Shown: positions 26,289 to 39,333 of the stretch, piece by piece
Layout: the number at the start of each line of letters is the position of its first letter
Position numbering within the stretch: the first letter of the stretch is position 1
Assembly (NCBI RefSeq): GCF_001194135.2
Contig: NC_068983.1
Coordinates: forward strand, 44,325,664 to 44,389,663
DNA from: Octopus bimaculoides
Lineage: Eukaryota
Direction: 5' to 3'
Length of the DNA stretch: 64,000 nt
Position numbers and translations under genes: made by a program
The notes under the pieces: model-generated
What the model was told of the DNA's origin: nothing
Seen by the model: only the letters and a program-made list of their open reading frames with translations
Database searches by the model: none

Positions 26289-26446
26289 GACAGGCTTCTT
26301 TCAGTTTCCGTCTACCAAATCCACTCAAGACTTTGGTCAGCCTGAGGCTATAGAAGACACTTGCCCAAGGTGCCACACAGTCGGACTGAACCTGGAACCA
26401 TGTGGTTGGTAAGTAAGCTACTTACCACACAACCACTCCTGCGCTT
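26038..26446 (-). mobile_element. SINE family A, full length
   Basis: Reverse complement of the family A structure, with an internal (CA)/(TA) tract. Confidence 0.85.
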
Positions 26447-26467
26447 AAAGAAGAAAAAAAAGCGTAT

Positions 26468-26541
26468 TGGCCAGTATGGGGCTCGAACCCACGACGTTTG
26501 CATTATTAGCATGACGCTCTAACCAACTGAGCCATGAAGTT
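26468..26541 (-). pseudogene. tRNA-Ile(AAT) pseudogene
   Basis: Reverse complement reads AACTTCA-TG-GCTCAGTTGGTTAGAGC-G-TCATG-CTAATAA-TGCAA-ACGTC-GTGGGTTCGAGCCCCAT-ACTGGCC-A, followed by a T-run terminator. D arm, T arm and 3' acceptor strand match eukaryotic Ile-AAT. The 5' acceptor strand is replaced and the anticodon stem is mispaired. Confidence 0.85.
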
Positions 26542-27589
26542 TGTCTGCAGAAATATTCATTTATCAACAAAAACAGCTTCTGCAATTTACCGTTATTTTT
26601 GCTATTTAGTTTCACAGAAGCAGAGACTACCCTAAGTTCCATGATACAAAACTCCTGCTTTAAAAGGATCTAAAATAAAAACCTTCCATGTTCCAAACAT
26701 CTGCTTAGTAAAGAATAAATTATTTAATTCATTATTTTCAAAATTATTCAAACTAAAGACAGTATTTGAACAGAAATATGGTAACAGAAGGGTTAAAGAA
26801 TTCACTTTGCCCAGTACACTCCAATTCAAAACACTCATGATAAAGTTAACGCAAAATTTCATTTGCTTTTGGTGAAATTCAATGCACAATATGAATGGTC
26901 TTTATAGAACCCACCCCCACCCCATTACAAAAATAAAATATTTGCTAAGCTTAAAATGGCAGAAAGTCGTAGGGAAAGATTACTGAAGAAAATAGTTTTG
27001 TGAGAGAAAAAGGCCAAAAAATAAAAAAAATAATATAATATTCCAGTTCTGATGACAGACTAGTGACATAAGGAGAAACTTATATGGTATGATAATGTAG
27101 TGAAAATAAACAAGACATTAATACTAAATATATGATGTTTAAATATGGGTTGAGGAGGTATAAAATGGTTTCTACACTGTCAAAGACAGCAATATTCATT
27201 AACAGGACATCTAAAGTGTTTAGGGCAAAATACTTGTTGGCATGGTTCAAGATGAATTTAGTTTGAATGTTGAAATTATCAGTTATTTGTTTCACATCTG
27301 TTTTCCCATTCTGGTATGGGTTGGATGGCTTGACAGGAGCCGATGCACCAAAGGACTACATCAAACTTTAATGTTTACTTTGGCATGGTTTTTACAGTTG
27401 GAAGCTATTCTTCACACCAACCAATTTATGGAATGTACTAGGTTCATTTTAATGTGGCACCAGCACTAGTGAGGTCACCAAATAGCTCAATACAAAGCCT
27501 CTGGACAGAGGTGAGTGTAATATTGAGAGCAGTGACATCAGGTGATGAAAGGTTAAAAGGTGACAATCATCCTCACCATCAAGATCCCT

Positions 27590-27860
27590 TAACTGACACA
27601 GCCAGTCATTGGGGTGCTATTCTAGATGCTTTCTTAGTCAGCAGTCACCACCAGTCTCTGGGTTGTGACTTATCCAGTCCTGGATGTTGTCAAACCAGGA
27701 TTTTCTCTGTCTACCTCTCTTTTGCCCTCTCTTAACTGTGCCCTGGAGAATGGTTCTGGACAGGTGCTGTGGTAGGATACATGACCGTACCAGGCAATAT
27801 TTTGGCATTTTACCTGCACAAGGAGTGGTTCCTGCCTGCCAGCATATTTGTTGACTTGCC
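27590..27860 (-). mobile_element. RTE-type LINE ORF2 C-terminal relic
   Basis: LSRTILQGTVKRGQKRGRQRKSWFDNIQDW is a typical RTE C-terminal motif. Confidence 0.7.
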
Positions 27861-28529
27861 ATCTGATAATATATAATTTAAAAAGTTCTCTGCATCATTT
27901 CTGCCATTTTATGGAATACTTCTAACAAGAACTAGAAGAGGAAACTTAGCCATGATCAATTTTCACTCAAATCATTAAGAATTTCTTTATCAATCTGTGA
28001 AGGTGTGAAGCTTAGTGGTTAGTGTATTTGGCTAATGATCGTAAAGTCACAAGTTTGATTCCTGGCGACACATTGGGTCCTTGAGCAAGACACTTTATTT
28101 CATTCACATTGCCCCAGTCCACTCAGCTGGCAAAAAGTTGTATCTGTAATTCAATGGGCTGGCCCGTCATATTTGGTGCATTTTGGTGAATCACTCAGAG
28201 AACTCTTAAGGGTGGAATGTCTTCAAAGCTGGTAGGAACAGATTCATGTCAATGAGTACTGACCAACTAGATTGCTATGCAAGTAATATTGTCTGTAGAC
28301 ATATTCCTGTCATGTGTTGTTAATGTCCAGCAAGGGAGATAACTATCTATAAAACCCATAGCACATCTCAGAAAATCACTAAGGGCATCTGAGTAGAGTG
28401 TTTAGCTAACTGCATGTTAATTCCATGAACAAGTTGTCCAAAGTGCCATACAGTAGGAGTGAATCCAAGATCATATGATTGGGAAGCAAGCTTAACCATG
28501 CAGCTACACCTGCATCTAAAATTAAACCT

Positions 28530-29158
28530 AGCAAAGTCTTAGCAAAAAGAAATATAAAAATCATCTGCCATGTGGGAAATGACCTTGCTAGGTATGCAAA
28601 GAATGTGAAAGTAGGAATTCTATATGATGTACCTAATGTAAACTGAGAGCAAGAGAGATGCAGTGGGATTGCAGACAGGCTGACTGAGAAGATGAGCTTT
28701 ACATGTAGCAGATATACAAGAATAGTTAGCCGTAAGAACACCCTTAAAAATAAATTCTTTTAAATGCCCTGAAGGGTCCTTAAAATACAAGTATTTATTA
28801 CCTAACTATTCCAAAACTGTGCTGCAAAATCTTAAGCAGATGTGGGGGACAAAATATTTGATTAATATTTCTTGGTGGTGGTGGGGGNNNNNNNNNNNNN
28901 NNNNNNNNNNNNNNNNNNNNNNNNNNNNNNNNNNNNNNNNNNNNNNNNNNNNNNNNNNNNNNNNNNNNNNNNNNNNNNNNNNNNNNNNNNNNNNNNNNNN
29001 GTGTGGTAAGTAGCTTGCTTACCAACCACATGGTTCCGGGTTCATTCCCACTGCGTGGCACCTTGGGCAGGTGTCTTCTAGTATAGCCTCGGGCTGACCA
29101 AAGCCTTGTGAGTGGATTTGGTAGATGGAAACTGAAAGAAGTCTGTCGTATATATGTG

Positions 29159-29195
<37 letters not shown>

Positions 29196-29815
29196 TTGTC
29201 CCCCCAACATCACTTTACAACCTATGCTGGTGTGTTTATGTCCCCATAACTTAGCAGTTCGGCAAAAGAGACCGATAGAATAAGTACTAGGCTTACAAAG
29301 AATAAGTCCTGGAGTCGATTTGCTCGACTAAAGGCGGTGCTCCAGCATGGCCGCAGTCAAATGACTGAAACAAGTAAAAGAGTAAAGAGGTAAAATAAAA
29401 GAAAAAATATTTCCTTTATGAAGTAAAATTAGCAATGAAGGAGGAGATTCTAAAAGTATAGTAACCAGATTAAGGATGAGGTGGTGAAAGTCCAAAAAGT
29501 TATATACTATCTCTACTGCAGACAAAAGGATTCTCTCTAGCAAAGTGAAAGGCAGTAGATTGTATGATGCTTGTTCCAAATTGTATGTTGGTGATTGAAG
29601 GGTCCCTGAATGTAGAGGATGTGTGAAGACCAGGAAGAAAGGAGGTGAATATGGTTTGTTAGATGCATAATGTCAGAGTGCATGAACAATAGGGTACAGA
29701 TGTAGCATACAAGAAAGGAGTTGGTATAGATTTGTGATGCATATAAAGGATGACAGTTGGATAATGAACAGGCAAGTGATCCAAGAGGAAGCAACCGACA
29801 GAAGAGGAAGACTTG
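28530..29815 (+). mobile_element. Degenerate RTE reverse-transcriptase region, split by a gap and a SINE
   Basis: 29420-29600 translates GGDSKSIVTRLRMRW*KSKKL...VKGSRLYDAC (RTE-like GG.SES..AR.R..W.KF.EL...VKGRLYDAC). 28530-28740 resembles the preceding Cys-rich segment. Confidence 0.55.
29001..29389 (+). mobile_element. SINE family A (5' end lost in the gap)
   Basis: Both modules are present, ending aacaagtaaaagagtaaagag. Confidence 0.85.
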
Positions 29816-31737
29816 AAGAGACATGCTATGAGGTGGGGAAAGAATCATATTTTTAAGTCTGGTACTTATTCTATCGGTCTCTTTGGCCAAATCACTAAGT
29901 TACGGAAGAAGCAAACACACCAGTTTTGATTGTCAAGCACACACACACATTATACATATGTGGGCAGAACTGTAACATGGGATCAGCAACTAGTCTGAGC
30001 TGAAATAGTTTCTGGCTCCAAAGAGAAAGCCTAACTTTTGTGATGCCCTTTTGGTGCTGTTGCAGATGTCATGTTTGTTATGAAAGATCATTATAGATTG
30101 TAAAATTTGTTGTTTTAGCAAGGTCATGTTTCCTTGATGGGAATGGTGACTGTTCTTGTAAGTTGTTCAATGAGACTAAGTTGTTATCTGTAGGAGGATG
30201 TTTACAATATTCTATGTAATAATGCATGACCGATGAGAGGCTACTGGGTTGTGTGTAGATAATCCCTGAGGTCTATGTGAATGGGGGCATCAGCTGTGTA
30301 AGAGTGGTTGATTAAAACTAGCAAGTAGGTCACCTATATAGTGTTGGGAACACAACCAAACATTGAAATCTACCACAGTCAATAGAACGTGGGCTAGAGA
30401 TATCAGCATCATCATCATTTATGCTTGCCTTCCATCTTAGTGCCAGTTGGTTGAACTGACACAGCCCATGCCAGTTGTTATCAGAACTATTGCCTTCATA
30501 GGCAGGTCAGGGTTTGCCTCTCCCTACTTCTGGTCCCTGTCTTTAGGGAAACTTCCAGTCCAAATGATAAAAACAGGTGGAGTCTATAACAGGTTATCAT
30601 AGAGGTTATCAAGACATCTCGATATCAAGTTCAAATCCCACCAAGAATGTTTTTGTAAATTCAACTTTCCATTGTCAATAAAAAAAAAAAAAGAAAAAAG
30701 GCACCACAAAGATTCACTGGTACCAATGGAACCAATCAATCAACTCTACATATTTTTCTGGAAAAGTCTGTGTTATCCCAATGCAAATAAAATGGATATG
30801 AGAAAAATGTCCGGATGACTATGGAACAAAATCTACAATAAACCATTAACCCTTTTCATACCACCCCCTCCTGAAACATATGCCTTATTCTAAGATATAG
30901 GCATATGTTTTTTCTAAAGGTCTTAAAAGTTGAAAGGTTCTAAAAAGAAAAGAAAAAAAACTTATGGTAATGCAGATAATTTCTTACAAGGAATCTTTAG
31001 AGAATTTATAGTAGAAACCATGTCAAAACATTGGAGTTCAACGCAGTCCTCCAGTTTGTTGGATCCTGTCAAATTGTCCAACTCATGCAAGCATGAAAAA
31101 GTGAAATGTTGATGATTTCATATGAAATTAAATTAAAAAACTATTCTCTTCTACTAAGAAACAACACGTAGCTAACAACCTCATATTTGTAAGGAAGCAC
31201 AGATTATTGGATGCAGTGCAAGATTAAAATTGGTTTTATTAATCTTGAGTCAAGCCAGCAAGTTGGCATAATCGTTAGAATATTGAACAAAATGCTTAGC
31301 AGCATTTCTTAAACATTTTATGCCCAGTTCAAATTCCACCACTTTGCCTTTTATACTTTCAGAGTCAATAAAATAAGTACCAGTCAAGTGCTGAGGTCAG
31401 TGTAATCAACTCGCCCTTCCCCTCAAAATTACCGATTTGGCCTTGTGCCAAAATTAGACAAAAATTATTAACCTGGAGCTGATAAAGATCAAAGTCAACT
31501 TCAACTTTGTTCAGGATATTAGGAAACAGAATCTAAAGAGATGTTCTGACTGAACATGAAACCAATTATCTAAAGAAAAAGTATATTAATTGATTAAATC
31601 TATCACAATGTCTTCCTGAGATTTCTTAGTCTGGAGAATGAAATGGTAAAAATCAATCACTACAGAACTTAGGTTTAGAAATAATGACAATTATTTTACG
31701 TTAGATAATTTATCCTCCCCCAGCAAGCTATATTTAA

Positions 31738-32332
31738 CCCTTTAGTATTCTGGTTACTCTGTCAAATATAATGCTTATTTATTCACATTGTTTTGAATTT
31801 ATCATGTATTTATCTCGTAGCTTTGAGATTTTGATATCTTTGGAATGACATTGTAGAGGAGGTGTGAGAGGTCACATCTGGTCAGTTTGAATTAAAAGAA
31901 ATCAGATACAGCCTGTTTAATAAAAACATAATTGTTTAACAACCATTTTCCATGCTGGCATGGGTTGGATGGTTTGACTGAGGACTGGAAAGCCAGCGGT
32001 TGCACCAGGTTCCAATCTGATCTGGCAATGTTTCTACAGCTGGATGCCCTTCCTAACACCAACCACAGAGTGTAGCAGGTGCTTTTACATGCTACCAGCA
32101 CAGGAGCCAGTCAGGTGGCCCTGGCATCAATCACGTTCGGATAGTGCTTTTTACATGCTGCCAGTAAAATCAGAGGACACTGGCATCAGCCATGTTCAGA
32201 TGGTGCTTCTTACATGCCACCGGCACAGGGAGCCAATCAGGGGGCACTGGCCACAGCTATGATTTTTTTAAATAAAAAACAGTTTGAATAAAAAAACAAA
32301 ATACAGATATGGCCTGTTTAAATGCTAAAGGG
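31738..32332. mobile_element. piggyBac-like MITE interrupted by an RTE 3' fragment (~31935-32262)
   Basis: TTAA|CCCTTTAG ... CTAAAGGG|TTAA termini. Related partial copies at ~14730-14898 and 21149-21530. Confidence 0.8.
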
Positions 32333-34411
32333 TTAAAGGAGCCAATGAGAGAGCCTCTAGGAGGTCATCTGACTTGCTAGAAATAACTGAAAACTATCCT
32401 TCAAATTACATCATACCATTAAAAAATAAAATAAAACAATGTAATCTTAGATGTTTGGATGGACATGCCTAGAATATCTAATTATGGTTTGGTTGACCAA
32501 TATTGACCTGTTGCTTCATCTTTTTGTGGTCAATAAAATAAAGTACCAGTCAAGTACTGGTGTTGATGTAGTTGACATGCCCCTCCAGTCAAAATTGCTA
32601 GCTTTGTACCAAAATTTGAAATATTTTATAGAATTCTGGAGACAAAGAAAAAGTAGATAGGAAGGGAGGGAGAAAGAGAGAAAACAAGGAAAAAGGGGGG
32701 AGGAGGAAGTATTTATGGATTAATCTAAGTCGGTCAGATTAATTCTCAACAGTTTTTTGTTTTATTATATTGTTGCAATAGAGAGAAAACTGATCACAGG
32801 TGATACAAAATGAAAGGTAAAACTTTAGTCTTAGATATAGATGTGGAGATTAGTGTAGGTTGTCTTTAGTGTTTGTAAATAATTTTGTCAAGGTCACTTC
32901 TCTAAGTAATAAACGGAGAGTATTATCTGAAAACATTAAGGTGTAAAAAGATTAAATAATAGACGCAGGCATGGCTGTGCGGTAAGAAGCTCTAGGTTCA
33001 GTCCCACTGTGTAGAACTTTGGCCAAGTGTCTTCTATAGCCATAGCCTGACCAAAGACTTGTGAGTGGATTTGGTAGAAGGAAACTGACAGAAGCTTGTG
33101 TGTGTATGTGTGCGTTCCATCACAGCTTGACAACTGGTGTTAGTGTGTTTATATCTGTAACCTAGCAGTACAGTAAGTAGAGACAGATAGAATAGGCACC
33201 AGGATTTAATAAATAAGAACTGGAGTCAATTTGTTTGTCAACAATTTAAGGCAGTCCCCAGCATGGCCACCAATGAGAATGAGTTTAGAGAATAAGAAAA
33301 AATTGGTAGTGAACACCTGTCATTAGTGATATTGATATACATTGGGAATTTTTCCAGGTAAATGTTTACATACCGCGAGGGAAAAGAGGCTGGAATTCCC
33401 CTAATCTAGCTCTTGTTTCCCTCCACCTTTACAAAAGCTTGATGGACAAAGATAGAAAAACAACAGAAATTGAAATAAAAAATGAATACATTACACATTT
33501 TAATTACTACATAATGTGCGTGTGTGTGAATATTTTAATCACAAACCTCTTAATACGCCAGATATTGATCAACTATTTGAGAGCTAAGTCAAAAGATAAG
33601 GTGTTTAATGAACTTTAATTAGCACTCCATTAATCTTTAAAAAAATTAATTAAGGGGAAGGTCAATGACCCGTTTTAAATGACAAATACAAACAACAAAA
33701 AAAATTAAAATTAAAAATCAATCAGAAACTAATATCATCAGATCAGTAAATCTAGACAGATTTTATTCAGATTAATATTTAGAAAAACGAATGTGCACAG
33801 AATCTCGTTATAGCCCATGCTCTGTGGTTTCATCCTTTTGCTTGTTTTCTTTAACACCTTAAGGAGGTCATCAATAAAGTATTTGCTTTATATATATATA
33901 TAATAATTTTCCCAGAGGATGTAGCAACCGTTACCAATATAGCATAAGAACTTACCTTAGGAGATCATTAATTAGATTCCTTAAGGGTCGTTCTCACAGT
34001 TTATATTTATATCATAAGGTTTTTAAACTTTTAAATTTTCATATTCAAAAGAGACAGAGACTTCAAATTCGATATATCGATTTATTCACCACTCTATGTT
34101 AACATTTCTGTGCCAAACTTATCCAGTGACTGGTCCATTGGATTTAGACGTTTGGCANNNNNNNNNNNNNNNNNNNNNNNNNNNNNNNNNNNNNNNNNNN
34201 NNNNNNNNNNNNNNNNNNNNNNNNNNNNNNNNNNNNNNNNNNNNNNNNNNNNNNNNNNNNNNNNNNNNNNNNNNNNNNNNNNNNNNNNNNNNNNNNNNNN
34301 NNNNNNNNNNNNNNNNNNNNNNNNNNNNNNNNNNNNNNNNNNNNNNNNNNNNNNNNNNNNNNNNNNNNNNNNNNNNNNNNNNNNNNNNNNNNNNNNNNNN
34401 NNNNNNNNNNN

Positions 34412-34470
<59 letters not shown>

Positions 34471-35934
34471 TATTGTACATATAAAGATGGAAGAAAAATG
34501 AATGAGAAAATAGCTTCAGCCGAAGGTGTCAAATGTGTACACCTTAAGTACGTGTTGGTAGATAAGGAATGGCTTGTTATGAGCTTTGAAGTGTTGAATT
34601 ACAAAGAATATAAAATAAGTTTATCTCCTCAGGGCAAAGATATAGGCAGACGAGTCAAATTTACACAGCGCCAACAAACAAAAATATCTGAATCACAGAA
34701 GAAACTATAAAACTTTTATATCAATGATTAAAAAGAGGAGTGATAGAATATGGCTGGGGTGGAGCAACTGAGTTACTGAATGACATCTATGTTCCAAATT
34801 CAATATGTACTGTGGTAGCAATAGTTATATGTGAAAATTTATAGTAAATAGTGTCTCAAGGCCTAGACTCGTATCTGGTTTCCATGGCATAGAAATGACA
34901 GAAAGCATCTCTTTGTCCTGAACAAGACACCAGTTTGTTCCAGGGTCACTCATTTACAGCTGAGTGGACGCGGGGGGAGGGGGTTAATTTGATACATTTT
35001 GCTCAAGAACAGAAGGCACTGCTCTGTCCAAGAGTCTAAACTACAATCATGTAATTGTGAGGGCAGCAACCTATCCAACCTATATATTGTGGGTAACAAT
35101 TTGTATTGGTGTGTGGTACCATGCAGAAAGCGCCCGTGCCGGTGTCACACAGAAAGTGCCAGTGCCACACAGAAAGTGCTCGAGCCGGTGCCATGCAGAA
35201 AACGCCTACACCAGTGCATTCACAAAGCTTTGGTCATCCCAGAGTTCTAGTAGAAGTTGACACTTTTGCAAAGTGCCACCCAGTGAACTAAAGTGAAAGG
35301 CCATGTTATTGAGAAACAAATCTCTTAAGCACACAGCCAAGTCTGCATCTGCAGTTATTTGAATTTAAGATTGATGAATTTTTAGTTTGATATCTTGGCT
35401 TGCATTTGGCTTTTAATGTTCTTTAAGTAGCAGGTCAATCTCGGTCAAGAAAACCATGACCAGGCATTCCAATGGGACCAAACTCAAAACCATGTGCTTG
35501 GGAAGCAAACTTCTTAACCACATAATTTCTGCTTCTAATTTTCAAATCCATTTTGGACCAATATCAATGCCACCTGACTGGCACGTGTTCCGGTGGCATG
35601 TAAAAAGCACCATTCAAGCATGGTTGATGCCAGTGCTGCCTGACTGGCTCCCATGCCAGTGGCACATGAAAAGCACTCACTACACTCACGGAGTGGTTAG
35701 CGTTAAGAAAGGCACTCAGCTGTAGAAACTTTGCCAGATCAGACTGGAGCCTGGTGCAGCCTCCTGACTTGCCAGTCATCAGTCAAACTATCCAACCCAT
35801 GCCAGCATGGAAAGTGGACGTTAAACAATAATGGTCAAAAGGCAAAAAGTGAAGACTGATGTCCAAACCATTTATGAGCAGACAAAAATCTGAAATCCAA
35901 GGAAACTGGTAAAGGTTTGGGTCTTGCAAGTCCA

Positions 35935-36562
35935 AATCATCATCATCATCATTGTCGTCGTTTAACGTCCGCTTTCCATGCTAGCATGGGTTGGATGATT
36001 TGACTGAGGACTGGTGAAACCAGATGGCTATACCAGGCTCCAATCTGATTTGGCAGAGTTTCTACGGCTGGAAGCCCTTCCTAACGCCAACTACTCCGAG
36101 AGTGTAGTAGGTGCTTTTACATGCCACCAGCACGAAGGCCAGTAAGGCAGTACTGGCAACGGCCATGCTCAAAATGGTGTATCTTACGTGCCACCTGCAC
36201 AAGAGCCAGTTCGGCGGCATTGGCAACGATCTCGCTCGAATGTCTTTACACGTGCCATCTGGCACAAGTGCCAAGAAGGCGATGCTGGGCACAGGTGCCA
36301 TTGACAGTTTCGCTTTCGCTTGCCCCAATAGGTCTTCACAAGCAGAGTTTCGTTTCCAATGAAGGAGACGACGTCTGCATGGGTGCCAGTCGTGGGATTT
36401 AATTCGATTTCAATTTCACTTGCCTCAACAGGTCTTCGCAAGAAGAGATTAGTGTCCAATAAAGGAAGGTACATATAAGTGGGCTGCCTGAGGCCTTCGA
36501 TTTAGGTCTCACTTGGCTTGCCGGGTCTTCTCATGCACAGCATATTTCCAAAGGTCTCGGGT
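35935..36562 (-). mobile_element. RTE-clade LINE 3' end with long 3' UTR and (GAT)n tail
   Basis: The minus strand encodes a C-terminal relic RDLWKYAVHEKTRQAK*, then a 3' UTR, the terminal ccaacccatgctagcatggaaagcggacgttaaac and a (gat)n tail. Confidence 0.75.
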
Positions 36563-38857
36563 AGAAGTCAAAATGATAAAGTGAAAAATTTTATTGCCCT
36601 ACACCTCAAGGCACTGCAAATTCCAGCACACCTCAATTGTTGTGATAACAGTGATAGATGGTGGGTATAAAGAAAATGACACTCTAGCTTATTTTTTTAG
36701 GATATCAAGGTGTCAAAGATAACAGATTTAAACACTAAATCTATCAAACAGTTGATCCGCTTCCTCCTTTTACCCACCCAGCTAAGAGAGATTTGTTGAA
36801 ACTGATAACTTCAAGTAGTTCTTGGTCATACATGGCTCCAGCCATGACCATCCCAGCACTGTTTTTTTTCCTTCAGACAATATGTCTAGGACTACAGTAA
36901 TCCCTCAACTATCATGGGTGTTTCACCCGGCAATCTGTGAAAATCCAAAGTAGAAACAGTACTGTACCTTTTTTTGTTTTTTTTAATTATTTTTATAATT
37001 TGTATATTTTAATATAAATGCAATACACCACCACAGAGGAACCAACGTAAGCTTATATAATAAGCCGTGATATGGCAAGGGATTACTCTATTATCTATAG
37101 TGTCCTTCCCATTTGAAAGCAGCAAGGTGATTTAGTTGCCATTTCTAGTTAGCAAAGTTTCCCCTCACTGACTAGTTCATTCATATGTCTTCTTGGTTTA
37201 TTCACAAAGAAAGTGGGGGAAGTATTTAAAGGGGGACAAGGAAGTACATTTGTTAACTGGCAAATGTGATAGAGAACCAAACTAGTAGAGTTATTTTCTG
37301 CTGTCAAATATCCTACATTCCTTCAAAACTGAGAGGACAGTGTATTACTGGTACAGGAACAGGAAAAATATCTCATTAGGTACCTTAATTTTCAGTTGAA
37401 GTCCAGCCAGTATCCCCAGGTTGTCAATAATATGGGAACAAACCAACCAATTGGATGTTTACAACACAAGTTACGTAACTAGTAAACTCACCAACACCGG
37501 TTGTGAAGCAGTGGTGGGATGGACAGACACACAGACACGATGGGCTTCTTTCAGTTTCTGTCTACCAAATCCACACGCAAGGTTTTGGTCAGCCTGAGGC
37601 TAAAGCAGAAAACACTTACCCAAGATGCTATGCAGAAAGATTGAACCCAGAACCATGTGGTTTGGAAGCAAGCTTCTTAACACAACCATGCAGGCACCTA
37701 TGTTCACTGATACATAAAATTAATATACCTATCTGATTGCTATTAGTCGAATACAGAGGCATGGGTGTTGATTTTATTGCCCAAAGCTCACAATAGGATG
37801 GAATAGAAACTATAGAATGTATTTTGTTTTCCCACCTACACCACAGAAAATAGGCCTGTGACCGAAGAGACATATCTGAACTAAAGCATCGCTTTATATA
37901 GAGTCATATGAGAATGGATGTGTTTAAAAGGGATTCAATAAAAAAAAGGAGGGTATTTATATGTATGCATGTGTGTGTGTATGTATGTGTATATGAACAT
38001 AATACATATCTCATAGTATGTAGGTGTAGGCATGGTTGTGTGGCAAGAAGTTTGCTTTCCAACCACATGGTTCTGGGTTCAAACTGGGTGTGTGTGTGTG
38101 TGGGGGGGGATCTTTGGCTGACCAAAGCCTTGTAAGTGGATCTGGTAGACAGAAAAAAAAAATCTGTTGTTTTTGAGTGTCCCCCATTACTGCTTAACTG
38201 GTGTTGGTGTGTTTAGATCCCCGTAACTTAGTGGTCAGCAAAAGAGACCGATAGAATAGGCACCAAAGTTTAAAAGAGAAATAAGTACTCGGGTCGATTC
38301 GTTCAACTAAGAATTCACAGTGGTGCCCCAGCATGGCCGTAGTCTAATGACTGAATGTGTAAATGTCAGAATATACTGAGGGTGTAACTTGGAGTCAAAT
38401 CCATTGTGGAGATCAAGCCAACTGGGACGTCACAACTATCTTTTATCCTTTACTTGTTTCAGTTTGCGACCATGCTGGGGCACGCCCTTGTAGAATTTCT
38501 AGTCAATTGAATCGATCCCAGCACTTTTTTTTTAAAGTCTGGTACTTCTATCATTCTTTTTTGCTGAACCTCTGAGTTACAGAGATGTAAACACAGCAAC
38601 ACTGGTTGTCAAGCAGTGGTGGACAAACAGATATATGACACACACATGACAGGTTTGTTTTTAGTTTCTGCCTTCTAAATCCACACACAAGGCTTTGGTT
38701 GGCCCAAAGTTATAGTAGAAGACACTTACCCAATGTGCCATGCAGTGGAATTGAAGGTGGAACAATGTGGTTAGGAAGCAAACTTTTCACCATACAGTCG
38801 TAGTGGCATCTTAGTTGTGAGAGTTAACATTAAAGAACCACAAATTACACATACCCA

Positions 38858-39333
38858 TAGGTGCAGGTGTGGCTGTGTGGTAAAGAAGCTTGCTTCCCAA
38901 CCACATAGTCCCGGGTTCAGTCCCACTGCGTGGCACCTTGGACAAGTGTCTTCTACTATAGTCTTGGGTTACCAAAGCCTTGTGAGTGCTTTTGGTAGGC
39001 AAAAACTGAAAGAAGCCTGTCGTGTATGTATGTATGTATATATATGTATGTGTATATATATGTATGTGTATATATATATGTGTGTGTGTGTGCGTGTGTC
39101 CACCATCTCTTGACAACCGATGTTGGTGTGGCTACGTCCCCGTAACTTAGCGGTTCGGCAAAAGAGAACCGATAGAATAAGTACTAGGCTTACAAAGAAT
39201 AAGTCCTGGGGTCGATTTGTTCGACTANNNNNNNNNNAAGTACTAGGCTTACAAAGAATAAGTCCTGGGGTCGATTTGTTCGACTAAAGGCAGTGCTGCA
39301 GCATGGCCGCAGTCAAATGACTGAAACAAGTAA
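38858..39333 (+). mobile_element. SINE family A, full length (tRNA-like head, internal microsatellite, 3' module)
   Basis: A-box TGGCTGTGTGG and B-box GGTTCAGTCCC. More than 25 full or partial copies in the window, for example 1145-1400, 7690-8043, 10485-10865, 13250-13720, 14435-14725, 20335-20690, 24123-24505, 32962-33272, 57225-57685. Confidence 0.85.

Noticed and set aside
7084-33357. Possible nested plus-strand gene from exon-like segments (7084-7170, 14127-14235, 17560-17590, 25051-25083, 33327-33357), by analogy with Adh inside Drosophila osp
   Set aside because: No recognisable homology, mediocre splice sites, and the order is inconsistent (the terminal-looking exon comes first); compatible with chance.
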